Assembly (NCBI GenBank): GCA_010356995.1
Contig: ML996697.1
Span: 616,153-680,152 of the forward strand
DNA length: 64,000 bases
Origin: Trichodelitschia bisporula
Taxonomy: Eukaryota
Direction of reading: 5' to 3'
Shown: piece by piece, positions 1 through 11,389 of the stretch
Layout of the letters: the number at the start of each line of letters is the position of its first letter
Position numbering within the stretch: the first letter of the stretch is position 1
Notes under the pieces: model-generated
The model's input: only the letters and a program-made list of their open reading frames with translations
Told to the model about the DNA's origin: nothing
The model's database searches: none
Program-made: the position numbers and the translations under genes

Positions 1-126
1 CTCGCTTCCACTTGCAACTCTTTCTTGTGCGGACTTTTACCTTGTTCATCAGCCATCGTTGCCTCGAAGGAAGGGTAGCTGAGCACAGCGAGGAGCAAGC
101 TCAGTCTTCCGTTTGGGCCTGGCGGA

Positions 127-2397
127 ATGGCGATTGACGACGACTTCTGTGACTCCAAGAAGGGGGCCCGAGTGACGACCAGCGAGCTCAGCGACATCTC
201 CTCGTTCAGCCAGCGGCGACCAACCTCAGACTACGAGAGACCGCCAGCGCCCCCATTCTTCAAGTCGCCCAAGGCGTGGTTCAAGCACGAAAAGCTCAGC
301 TGGCGGTTCTATGTGTCTATTTACTCCGGACTTGCGGCCGTCTGCCTCCTCATCAACGTCATCGCCATAGTTGTCATTGTTGCCGTGCACGGCACAGACA
401 AGAATGGAAGAAGTACGATCTACGAAGGCAGTTGCGAAAAGGTCAAATGGCAGAGCCGCATCGCCCACGTTTTCATCAGCGGCCTGGGGACGTACATGCT
501 CAGTGCCAGCGCTTACGTTATGGTAGGACTGAGTGACCTTGATTTGACAACATACTGATCTTACCAGTACTGTCTTTCTCCTCCGACACGAAGAGAGATC
601 GACAAGGCGCATGCCGCGGGCCACTGGCTCGATATCGGTGTGATGAGCATGAAAAACCTCTTCGCCATCAATAGAAAACGACTCGTACTCTTCTTGCTGC
701 TCGGCATAAGCTCTCCTATCCTTCAGCTCTTGTATGACTCCTACCCAATTGCTATGAATGTTACTGACAATTTAGCTACAATGCTGTCTTGTTCCAGACG
801 AACTCGACGAACGCCTATACGGCATTTGTCGCTGGAGAATCATTCATGCAACAAAACATTACAGTTAATTTCTCCCACGAAGTCCATGAGGCCAAGCACC
901 TTCTACAGACATACGGAAACCTCGCCTACCGCCTTCATCAGGAAGCTCTGGATGGGCGCTTGGAGAAGCTGAGCAATAAGGATTGCCTCAACGAATACGC
1001 AGTACCGCTCCAGTCCAAGCGTCGGAATGTGGTAGTCATTACAGAGGCGAATCATACTCACACGACGGATGTTTTCGACGTCTATCACGCCTGGATACCA
1101 ACGGAGCACCCGCAATCGCGCGAAGAACAATACTCCTGGATCTGCGAAGACATCAAGTCCAACGCCGACCGGTGCGTTTTCCACATGGAGAAGCTGAGGT
1201 CCAATGCCTCGGCATGGACGATCTCGGACGGTGCACGCGTTAAGTACTGCCTCAGCGAGAAGACGGAAGAGCACTGCAAGCTGCAATTCCACATCACGTT
1301 AGCAGTCATCGTCACGCTGGTGACACTGTTCAAGACAGCAGTCATGTTCACCGTTGCCATCTCTGGACATGAGTCTCCCCTGATGACAACGGGTGACGCC
1401 ATATCCTCCTTCCTCAGGAATCCAGACCGACACACGGCTGGGATGTGCATGGCATCGAAGAGAATGATTGAGCAGTACAGCTCCCATTGGCCATCTGAAC
1501 CATTCTACTTTTACTGGCAACGCAAGCGGTGGGGCTACGGAATTCGCACGCGGACAATGTCTTGTGCCTTGCTGTAAGTTCACTTTTCCACGGCTCATAC
1601 TCTTTGCTAACTGCTTCAGCATGGTTCTGTGGCTATGCATTGACGGGGCGCTCTACTGCACTATGAGCGAACCCCTCTCTTTCGTGAACCTAATCCGTCT
1701 CGGCCTTGGTGCCATCAATCGCAACTTTTTCATCGGCTGGCACAACAAAGAGACGAACGGGATGATCCGCAGCATCATCATCGCCAACCTCGGCCACGCC
1801 ATATTCGGCTGCCTCTACATCCTCTTCAACAACGTCTTCTACTGCATGATCTTCGCAGACGAGTGGGCGCGCTTCGCCATCCACCGCAAGGGCCTTCGTG
1901 TGTCAGAAGCCCCGCGCGGCGACCAGCGAACGGTCTACTTTTTCATGATGCCGCACAAGATGGCCATTCCCATCATGGCATTCTCCTGCGCCATCCACAG
2001 CCTCATCTCCCAGACGCTGTTCTTCGTCGACGTCGAAGCCTACGGCCACGACCCCTCCCGTGGCGAGGATATGGCCGTGTATGTCCGCCAGCCCCAGTTT
2101 GACTTCTCCACCACGGGCTTCTCTCCGCTTGCCGATCTTGGGCTCATCGCTACCGGTATCTTTATGATTGCCTTCATGTTCGGCATGTCGGCGCGCAAGC
2201 TGCGCTCAGGCATGCCTGTCGCAAGCACGTGCTCAGCTGCTATTGCGGCAGCGTGCCAACCGGCGGCCGATGAAGATCCGGAGGTACACTTGAAGCCAGT
2301 GAAATGGGGAGTGACAGAAATAGTGGATGGGGTGGGGCACTGCACGTTTTCGGCCAAGGAGGTCAAGGAGTTTGATGAGAGCATTCCGTATATGTAG
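127..2397 (+). CDS. Fungal multi-pass membrane protein, DUF6536-like; 4 exons
   Basis: GT-AG introns 523-567, 732-775 and 1574-1619 join ORFs 127, 640, 789 and 1468 into one frame. Motifs recognised: YEGSC..H..I..L.TYMLSASAYVM-YCLSPPTREEIDKAH..GHWLDIG, LMTTGDAISSFL, RKGLRVSE.PRGDQR..YF, MPVASTCSAAIAAAC, VKWG..GHCTFS. Confidence 0.8.
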
Positions 2398-2617
2398 ATT
2401 ACAGCACTAGTCCACTGGTCGGACAGGCATTGCGTTGGTTGAAAGTAAGTCATATGACTTAGGAGTACATTCACTTCCCATTGAGTATTATTCATTACTA
2501 TGCATTTGTGCAGCCTTGCCGAGAACTCAAAATATGTGCATTGACGAGAACGCATCATCTCCATGAGCAGTAAACCCCAGTCTAACCGCAAACGCCAGAG
2601 CTAAATGCAACTCACGC

Positions 2618-4903
2618 TCAATCAACCAGTCCACCCGCCTTGCCCCACGGATGTGTCTTCGCCAACGACGATGCATCGCCCATCGACCCCTCGACGCAGC
2701 TCTTCCCATTCCACTTTGCATCATACGCCCCCTTCCACACCTCCTCCGCATCAGAGTACATCTCCGCCGTATAAAACAGCCGACAGTCCGCCGCCTCATA
2801 CGTGAACTCCAACGGCGTTTGGCTGTTATCCCCGCAGCGGATGTTATCCCTCGCATTCACCGCACACCCAAGCAATCCGTTGCCCATCCTCAGGCACCGG
2901 CTGACGGGTGCTTCGTTGCTCAGAATGGTCCCGATGCTCGTTTTGTTCCAGTCCGCTTGCTGCTGTGCGCTGCCCAGTGGGAAGATGCGGGACGCGAGGC
3001 GGAGGATTTGGTCTAGCGGGAGAAGGAGCGCACCGCGGGATCCACCTTGGGATTGCATGGGGCCTGTCTGGGGACGCCCGCCGAAGGTGAGGGTATGGAC
3101 GCCTGCTTGAGTGTGCATGAATTCGTGGAAGAGGGTGCAGGTGGAACCGCAGAGACCGTCGGTTACGAGGAGGATGTCGTCGGCATCAAAGGGGGATGGT
3201 GGGAGAGTTGCCGTAGCCGGCAACAAAGGTGCCGTCGGTTTGGAGCTTGTCGCTCAGCTGCTTCCGTTAGCATGTGAATGGGCGGGCGGCGGAGGGGGGT
3301 AGCATGCATTGTACCTAGCCAGCGAAGTGAATCTATCTCCATGGAACTCGTGCGGGCCATAGTAGTCCTTCCAGAAACTGAAGTCCGTGCCATTCTCATT
3401 CAACGCTTCCTTGTAGCTGTAGCGGGCGAAGAAGCCGAACTCTCTCTTAAGGTAATCCGGCACTTTCTCGGAATTGATATCCGTGAAGTTCGCCGAGATC
3501 GTCGAGCTGATGGCGTCCAGTGCTTCACTGGCGTGCAGGCGTGATGCACCGTAGGGTTCCATGCCTGGAAACAGCTGCTTGAAGACTTCGTAAGCGAGAA
3601 CACCTCGCCGCCGCCGTTACCGCGGGGGTCAATGATCAGTTTCGACTTGTTCGTCTTGCGGCACTCGTCGAAGAACATGGTGACCGCGTTAGTGAAGCCC
3701 GAGAGGTCATTTTTAGGCGGCAAGAAGGATGTGATGGAGAGCACAGCGCCGTCTTCGTGCTTCGTTGAGTTGAAGAAGTAGCCTGCGACTACATAGCTCG
3801 GATGGCCCACGACTAGCGTAGGGTACCCCAAGTGCTGTGGGCCTTACTTTAGTTGAGGTTGCGGTTGCCATCGTCATCGGGAGGGTAGTCGTAGCTATAG
3901 GGTGGGATTTGGTCGTGTTCTTCGGATGGATACAGAAGGCCTTGAAGAAGGCCTCGCCACTGTCGACGGCCTCGAAGGACTTTTCGACATACGCCTGGTT
4001 TTTATTACTGACGGCGGTACCGTTCTCAAACTCGAACTTGGTGACAGCGCCAGGGAACTTGTGGCTAAAGGTGAAAAGGGGTGAGCTCCCGCTGCTGGCG
4101 GTCGATGCCGGGTTGTAGAACAGGTTGTTGTAGCGGGCGTCGGAATCGTGATACGTCCCGTCAAACGCCATGAGATTGCGGAGGTATTGATATCTGTGCC
4201 ATCTATGGCGACGAGCGGTGATCGCTTGAATGAGCTATCATTCTGTGCGAGAAGAATGTCACCTGGGATCAAATTCAGTCAAAGGTCCAATCTAGCGCAA
4301 GGCTGACCTACCATATATGTAGATTTTTGGCAGAGCCAAACAATCCTCCGAGACAGCGATGAGTGTGTACCCGCGATGAAACTGGAAAACGCTTCCAATG
4401 TCCGAATTCCAGACAAAATGAAAGTCATGTGCTTTGTTGGCCAGATCCGTGAGGGCGAGCTGAAAGTGATACTCGTTCTTGTGCTGGCCGCTCTTGAGAT
4501 TCGCCGCAATGTCGTCCAGTTCCTGGAAGATGTCCACTTTAGGATTGTCCCAGTCAGACGTTGGCTCCTTCAGATACGCTGTCGTTGACTGCCACTGCCA
4601 GTACGCCTTCAGTCCGTCGATGAGCTCCAGCCCGCCCTGGACGTCGAGCGGTACGGACGTCAGGCACTCGTACGCAGTGTCTGCAGGGACTTTGAGGATA
4701 GTTGCTACAGCCGTGGCTTTACGGGTCTCGGCCTGTGACGCGCTCACTTCCGCACATGCTCCGGTTGCTGAAGCACGAGGTAGGAGAGGAGCCTTCGTCA
4801 GAGCCGGAACGATGTCTTCCATAGGAATGTTCGGATTGACATAGCGCTGAGCCGAGACGAGGCCCACAGTCAACAGGCCAACGGACAGAAACGCGTGGAC
4901 CAT
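2618..4903 (-). pseudogene. Secreted fungal peptidase S41 family gene (UstP/CPAF-like), disrupted by about 4 frameshifts
   Basis: Signal-peptide-like start MVHAFLSVGLLTVGLVSA. Motifs WQSTTAYLK, AHDFHF, IID(P)RGNGGG, TDGLCGSTC and GGRPQTGPMQ lie in successive different frames, with shifts near 4187, 3828, 3597 and 3206. Intron 4263-4311; probable intron 3258-3307 with a GC donor. Confidence 0.8.
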
Positions 4904-6323
4904 TTTTCAGAGCTTGCTTGCTGCTCTGCTGTCCATGTTAGTCGTTTTCTCGAGGGACTGAACTAGAAACCTTACGGGGAAATCCTGGATCTGATCGTCT
5001 TATGCCTTCGATCCTGTCTTAGCGCAATAGCGGAGGCCTCAGCATAAGCGACAGGTGATGTGCCAGACAGCCCTGAGAGTGCGAGTGAAGATATCAGAGG
5101 ATCTCGCGCTAGGTAGAACGTCGGTGGACGCGAAGACTGTGAACAAAATGTGAGCAAAGAAGCAAGACGCTCTACATACAATCGGAAAGCACACTTCACG
5201 CTAGCCTCAGCGGTCACTTTTAGGCCATAATCATTAACGAAAATATTTATGTAGAAAGGGTCCGCCTGCGACATCGGAAGCCACACACCCGCCGAACGAA
5301 GAACAATCGCGCACAACGTGACAGCTGGTGAAGACGAGAGCCTGTGGCAAAGCTAACGGCCAGATTAGAGCTCCATCGACAGCCATATTCGCGGCAGGAA
5401 GACTAAAAAGCAACCACCAATTCACCGAACGCTGGGACGGGCGATGCAGCGCACGCGGGTGTGTGGAGGTATGAACCGTAAAATCTTGGCCGGAGGGGTC
5501 GGTTTGGCGTTTACGGATGAAGATTGGGAAATGGCATGCCGTTCCAAGAGCCATGGATCATTGGAGAACAGCCGACGAGATGCTTTGGTAATGATTCTAA
5601 GCTTACTGCTGACTGCTGATTGCGTAGGCGACCCAGAGGAGTGCCTGACAACTGGGTTGAAATGCGTTCAGTGAGCGAGTTGGAAAGACTCGATGGGCGG
5701 AGTTGGAAAGGTTTGGTGAGCGGGCAGCTTTGAATTCGGATCTGGGGTTCATACTGGCAATTGCTAGCCTGCGCTGACTTAGGGGCTTGGGCAAGTAAAA
5801 ACCGAATGCTGACTGCCGAGGACATATCGCGGTAAACTCTTGGCCCTCGTCTTCCCAACGGCATTGGCTCGTGGACTTGGCGACACCAGCTACGAACCGG
5901 TATAGCCTCGGGCGAGGCCGCGGACAAAAGAGAGCGGAGGCTCCTCGTGCAAGAGCATCAAGTAATCTCGCGTGCCTACATTCGTACACAAGGCTAGAGG
6001 ATGTGTATGGGTAGGTCTGTTTACGTTAAACTATCAAGATTAGCAGCAAAGTAGCATCCATCGCTGATCGCCGATCACAAACATAAGTCTCGGGTGATGT
6101 CCAGTTGAAAATGACCGGTCGAAGGCCTCATTGTGAGATTCTAGATCCTAAGGAGCAGCATAGTTCCGGGCCGATTAAGATGACAAGGTGCCGAGTCTAA
6201 GACCTCCACGGGAGGATATGGGGGCCAAAATGGCGGAACAGAGCCGATGGTGCCGAACTCGGCATAAAAAAAGAGCCGTAGTGCTGGATGCCCGGAAACC
6301 CGACCACCGTCCACCACCGATCT

Positions 6324-7407
6324 CTAATCTCCAGTATCCAGCTCAAGGTCCAGCTGCACACCGTTACTGACGCCGTAGTCCCCCAGCGTAATGAAGTCCT
6401 TGAACGGCCGCTCACTCTGGCGCTTCAACATGATTTCATGCGGCTTTCGCCCGATGTGCGCGGCGACCAGCTTCTTAAAGTCCCCTGCGGTGGAGATTAG
6501 CAAGAGTACACCGCGAAAGAAACATTCTACTGTACTCACCAACTGTATCCGAAGGCAGACACGGAATGCTCGCCTTGGTCCCCAGTCGATCGTTCACCGT
6601 GACAATAATGTACGTCGCAGGTCCTGCCGCCGCTGCCGGCCTAGCAGGCGGCTTCTTGCCCTTCTCCACCCTCTCAGCAGCAGCCCTGTCATCCCGCTGC
6701 GGCGGCCCTCGCTCCTTCTCCCTCTCACCCCTCCTCCCCTGATCCCTCTCATCACGTCCCCCGCCGTACCTCCGATGCTTGAACTCTTCCCTCCCGCCCC
6801 CCCTCCACTCGCCGCTGCCACGCTCCCGATCCTCCTCAGGCGCCTTACTCTTCCACTTAAACCCCCGACTATGATCCGGCTTCTTCGGCCCCTTCGGCGG
6901 CCCCGCAACCACCTCGTCACCACCCTCCTGTTTGTCCTGTCCACCACGACGCTCATCCTGCCCTCCCCGGTTCTCATTAATCTCCCGTCCCCGCCCCATA
7001 TCCCTCGGGCCCGTCGGCACGCCCCTCTCTCCTGCAGGAGGGGGGCTACGATCACCCGAGCGCAGCGGATCTCGAGGGCCACGGGGCGCATCAGGGGGCG
7101 CATCGGGCGCAGCCTCGCGGTCCGAGTCGGTAGGGCGGGGGCCGCGGTCATCACGGCGGTCTTTCTCGCGCCGGTCCCTGTCGTCGCGTGGGTAACGGTC
7201 GCTGCGATCATCACGGCGGTCCCGATCGTCACGTCGATAGCGGTCGCCGTGGTCGCGGTCGTCGCGTGAATAGCGGCCACCACGGTTCCTGTCGTCGCGG
7301 GGATAGCGGTCGCGGGAGCGATCGCGGCGGGGGGAGGACCGGCGGGGCAATGTGCGGCGCGGGGAGCGGGAGCGCGAGCGGTCGCGGGAGGGGGGTTGGG
7401 GGGACAT
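6324..7407 (-). CDS. Hub1/UBL5-like ubiquitin-fold protein with long RS/RD-rich N-terminal extension
   Basis: Intron 6485-6539 (GTGAGT..GCTAAT..CAG) joins IVTVNDRLGTKASIPCLPSDTV to GDFKKLVAAHIGRKPHEIMLKRQSERPFKDFITLGDYGVSNGVQLDLELDTGD*. Start taken at MSPQPPSRDRSRSRS; the frame is open further upstream to 7644. Confidence 0.85.
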
Positions 7408-7795
7408 GAGGTGTTGCTTTCGCAGTGTGGCGTAGGGGGATGTATCGGAGATGTACAGTCGCTGAAAGAGTTGTAAGTCAAAAGTCAGAGACTCATTACT
7501 CCCCTCAGGATTCTTTGAGGGCGAAGATGGAGATGCAGTCGTGGAGGCGTCGTGGGTTGTGAGTTGGGGCGCAGATGCAGTGCGGAGAACTTCGCGTGTC
7601 GTTGCCGTTGGGCTAACCTTAGGAGGGAGCTTGGACCACGTCATTTCTTCTGGACTCTGCGGCTCAACACCAACGTGCGCGCATCGCGAGTGTAATTGAT
7701 GTTCGTGATATTGAAGGCAGACGTATCACCAGAACAGCGCTATATATACCACACTTTGCCTACTGCTGCATTCCCGCTCGCGGTGCCTTAGCCGG

Positions 7796-8214
7796 TTCTC
7801 AATCTCGCCGCCTTCGCCGATTTCCATCCTCGCCGACTTCGCCGATTCCCAACCTCGCCGCCTTCGCCGATTCCTCGCTCCGAAAGAATCTCCCGCCCGA
7901 AGCTTTTTTTCTCCACCAGGCATATTTGACTGCCCAGAACGATGATGCTTTGGCTAACTTTCCAGGCAAAGCTTATCCAATCTCGCCGCCTTTGCCGATT
8001 CTCAATCTCGCCGCCTTCTCCGAACCCCAAACTCGCCGCACCACCTCCGCCGGCCACTCCCCGCGCTGCTATCGTAAAGTCTGTAGCCCACCGTGCATTT
8101 GGAAGGATTCAACTCTCGCCACCTTCCCCGAACCCCAATCTCGCCGCACTACCTCCGCCCGTTCCCCCCCCCGCACGGTGATCGCAAAGCCCGCAGCCCA
8201 AGGCATACTCGAAG
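7796..8214. repeat. Degenerate 25-bp tandem repeat plus ~108-bp tandem duplication in a divergent promoter
   Basis: Units resembling TTCTCAATCTCGCCGCCTTCGCCGA at 7796, 7821, 7846, ~7975 and 7999. Segment 8006-8105 is imperfectly duplicated at 8114-8214. Confidence 0.8.
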
Positions 8215-8266
8215 TATCGCCGGTGTACCTTTTCGGCCCTCTCCCCGCCTGAACTCAACCCCGACG

Positions 8267-8987
8267 ATGCCCATCCCGCAATGCACCCTCCACACCACTC
8301 GCCCGACACCGACGACCATTTCCTTCACCGTCACCACCCGCTCCGGCACCGCAACCCTCACCTCGCGGGCGCTAAACTACGGTCTCGCCGCGCTCCGAAT
8401 CGTCGTCGCAGCGGCTACGCTGCTCGTCCTATGGGCCAAGTGGGAAGCCTGGAGCGGAGGGGATGAGAGTGGGGACATTACGAGGTGGGTGATGGGCACG
8501 GGGCTAGGCGAGGGGGCACGCAGAGTCGCGGACGCTGTGCCTTCGCGGTATTTGCTGCCGACTGCAGGGGCGCTGTTATGGGCGGTTTGCCGGAGGGGGT
8601 ATACGGGTATGCCGCCCATCCATATCCAGAGCTCCAGGGAAAGCAACGCTAACACATCCTTAGAAGAATCCCTCCTCGTCCTCCGCGGCTTAGGCATCCA
8701 AACCACAAGCTCCTCACCAACCTACCTCTCCAGCGCATCAACACGCTTCATCCCCACCACCGCGATCCAAGACATCTTCATCCACGAGGCGTTTAAGGGG
8801 TTCGAAGTGCGCTTCTATCTCGCCATCGTGGTCAAGGGGGAGCAGGACCTCGTCGTTGTCTTCCCCGTACGTACATCTTACATATATCAACCCCCCGCTA
8901 ACAGCCCAGAACCTCCTCCCCTCGCTCTCCATCCTCGAAGAAGTCTGGCGCGGCGCGCGCTCCTGCCTCTACGAGCCCAAGTCCTGA
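8267..8987 (+). CDS. GPI15: GPI-GlcNAc transferase subunit PIG-H / Gpi15
   Basis: EESLLVLRGLGIQT..TRFIPTTAIQDIFIHEAFKGFEVRFYLAIVV..LVVVFP-NLLP..LEEVWRGARSCLY. Introns 8607-8663 and 8867-8909. Confidence 0.9.
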
Positions 8988-9001
8988 AGCCACAGCCTCA
9001 T

Positions 9002-10942
9002 TTACTCATTCGCTTCGTCATCGTCCGCCTTCGCCCTCCAAGCCCCCTTCTTCGCCGCCCACCGCGCATTAATCACCCCCACAGCCTCCATACGCTCCTT
9101 CTCCATAATCGGCACATACCGCCCCTTACTCTTCGCCCCCGCATCCCCATCGAAAACCTTCCGTCCCTCGACTCTAGCCCTAACCACCTCCCCCCCATCA
9201 TCCCCTCCCCTCCCATCCCCCCCCGGATTCCCCACAACCAAATCCAACAACTGCCCCGCCAGCACCTCATCCATCTTCGCCCCCCTCCACCCACGCCACA
9301 AATCCTCCACAATCCCATTCCGCGCCCACTTGCCACTGAGCCCCAGACTCCCCTTCGCAGCTTCCTGCCCCGCCTCCACCCAGACCAGCTCATCCTCCCC
9401 CTGTCCCCTGTCCCAGTGTCCGGGTGGCGCATCCGCATCGTTCCTCTTACTCTCGCTGGCCGAAAACGCACACTCCCACAGCACGAGCGGCGCATCGCTG
9501 GCCATCTCATACTTCGGACGACACGGCATCGCCTCAACATCCAACAGCCTGCGCACAACATCCGGCCTCTCCAGCCCCTGTCCCACCAAAAACAGCACCG
9601 CAACCATACACCTAACCTGATGCCACAAGAACGCACTCCCCTTCACACTAAACGCAAACAACTGCAACTTATGCCCCTTCGCCTGTCCCAGCACCGGCGC
9701 AAGCGCAGCATCCGTCACAAACGCCGGCCGACTATCCTCGCTCACGAACTCGATCCCCGCAGCACTGATCCGCCTCACAAAGCTCTCAATCTGCTTACTC
9801 GGATCCACCTTGCAGAAATTGCGGAAGTCGTGGCTGCCCACCAGGTATGCCGCCGCCTCGCGCATAGCCTCAATATCCAACCATCCATCCCGGCGCCGGC
9901 CCCCGCCCATGCTGGACGGATCAGATACCAGCCCCGCCTGTCCCGGGATGGGCAGAAACGCAGGCGCAGTGAAGAAATACCGGTACCGGCGCTCTTTGCA
10001 ATTAAACCTCGCTGAGAAATTGGGCGGGAGATCCGGACACCACGCCAGGACGCGGATGCTCGGCGGGAGGTTCTTGTTCAGCAGCGCGATGTAAGGAATT
10101 TCGTCCGCCACGGGATCGAACGGCGGGTCCTCCTCCGCAATGCCCACCGGGAGCTCAGGGTCGACCTCCTCCGCATCTTCAACGGGCGGCACAGCCTCCC
10201 GCCCCACGGGCCGCGCACTGCGCACGCGTATCCCAACAACCTGCCCAAACGCACTAACCCCCCTATCCGTGCGTCCACACTTCGAATACTCGCACCCCTC
10301 CCAATCCAACTGCACCCTGCCTTCTCGCACCGCCGCATCAAACCGGTCCGCGGCATCGCGGCCGCCCTCCAGCAACCCAGACCTTGCCACGGAGTCCGGA
10401 AATATAAGCCGTGTTTTGACGAGGGCTTTCCAGAGTTCTTCCTCTATGGTGGGGAGCGGGGTGGGGTTGTTGGCGTGGTACTCGTAGCCGTTGTAGGGCC
10501 GGCCGAGGTAGGCGAATTTGAGGGCGATGAGGCGGGTGGAGTATTTGGAGGGATTGTAGCGTTTGCGGGGTTTGGGTTTGTTGGGAGGGAGGGGGTTTGC
10601 GGAGGAGGTTTGAGGGTCGGTGGGGGGGGCGTTCGGGGCTGGCGCGGTGGGGGAGGGTGCGGTGGGAGCAGGAGGGCTGAAGTGCGCGTTTTGTTCCTTG
10701 AGCTTCTTTTCTAGCTCCGTGACGCGCTGGATGAGCTGCTCGGCGCTCCAGGTGGAGTAGTCTGGCTGCGGGGTTGTGGAGGCCATAGCTGGAGTATAGA
10801 TCGAGGTGGGGTATTTGCGGGGAATACTTGGGCCGCCGCGGTGACGGGCTTGGACGTGTTTGGCGCAGATGAAGGTCGGCAGAGCGGTCGTCCGCCTCGG
10901 AAGTGAAAATAGACACGAGCTTAGGGTGGAGAGAAGCCTCAT
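9002..10942 (-). CDS. DEG1: tRNA pseudouridine(38/39) synthase, TruA family
   Basis: IALKFAYLG..YNG, CGRTDRGVSAFGQV (catalytic Asp), FSARFNCKERRYRY, GSHDFRNFCK, GSAFLWHQVRCM. Intronless. In-frame ATGs at 10942 and 10786. Confidence 0.92.
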   Translation of the reverse strand: MRLLSTLSSCLFSLPRRTTALPTFICAKHVQARHRGGPSIPRKYPTSIYTPAMASTTPQPDYSTWSAEQLIQRVTELEKKLKEQNAHFSPPAPTAPSPTAPAPNAPPTDPQTSSANPLPPNKPKPRKRYNPSKYSTRLIALKFAYLGRPYNGYEYHANNPTPLPTIEEELWKALVKTRLIFPDSVARSGLLEGGRDAADRFDAAVREGRVQLDWEGCEYSKCGRTDRGVSAFGQVVGIRVRSARPVGREAVPPVEDAEEVDPELPVGIAEEDPPFDPVADEIPYIALLNKNLPPSIRVLAWCPDLPPNFSARFNCKERRYRYFFTAPAFLPIPGQAGLVSDPSSMGGGRRRDGWLDIEAMREAAAYLVGSHDFRNFCKVDPSKQIESFVRRISAAGIEFVSEDSRPAFVTDAALAPVLGQAKGHKLQLFAFSVKGSAFLWHQVRCMVAVLFLVGQGLERPDVVRRLLDVEAMPCRPKYEMASDAPLVLWECAFSASESKRNDADAPPGHWDRGQGEDELVWVEAGQEAAKGSLGLSGKWARNGIVEDLWRGWRGAKMDEVLAGQLLDLVVGNPGGDGRGGDDGGEVVRARVEGRKVFDGDAGAKSKGRYVPIMEKERMEAVGVINARWAAKKGAWRAKADDDEANE

Positions 10943-11389
10943 GCCTTTGCGGTTGGAAGGGCTGTTCGTCGCGAGAAAAAAAGTTGAGGGGACCAGGGAT
11001 CCGACGGTCGGGAGCGGGCCGTTTGGGCCCGGGCATGGCAGGTTTCGCTCCATGAATGCAAGCACAGTGTCGATGCGAGGCACAGATACGCTCTACAACT
11101 AGTTACAGAATGTGGCATGCAACCGCGCGGGTATATTGATAGACGCTTTTTAACATGCCATCTAACAACCTTATCACAAAAGCTCTCCGCCTATCCAAAA
11201 GGCTAACACCCACATACAGAAAAAGTCGATTAGAAAAAGTGCCCCCAACATGCTCACAACACCAACGCGCCGTCCCATGCTATAAAGCCCCCGCAACCCG
11301 CACATATTCTCGCTCACAATAGTACCCCAAGTCCCGCGTCCAAAACAGCAGGCCCTCACTCCATCTAATCCAACAGTCCTAGACTAGAA

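Noticed and set aside
2618..4903. Programmed ribosomal frameshifting in the S41 gene
   Set aside because: Several independent shifts plus a motif substitution fit decay better; no slippery site with a downstream structure was seen.
4972..6200. Short ORFs between the peptidase and the Hub1-like gene, and at 13650-14520
   Set aside because: No motifs or consistent exon structure; cannot be called as genes.
7796..8214. CRISPR-like array
   Set aside because: Eukaryotic context, degenerate adjacent units without unique spacers, and no cas genes.
8093..10015. 640-aa plus-strand ORF
   Set aside because: Artefact: GPI15 exons read through introns into the C-rich antisense strand of DEG1.
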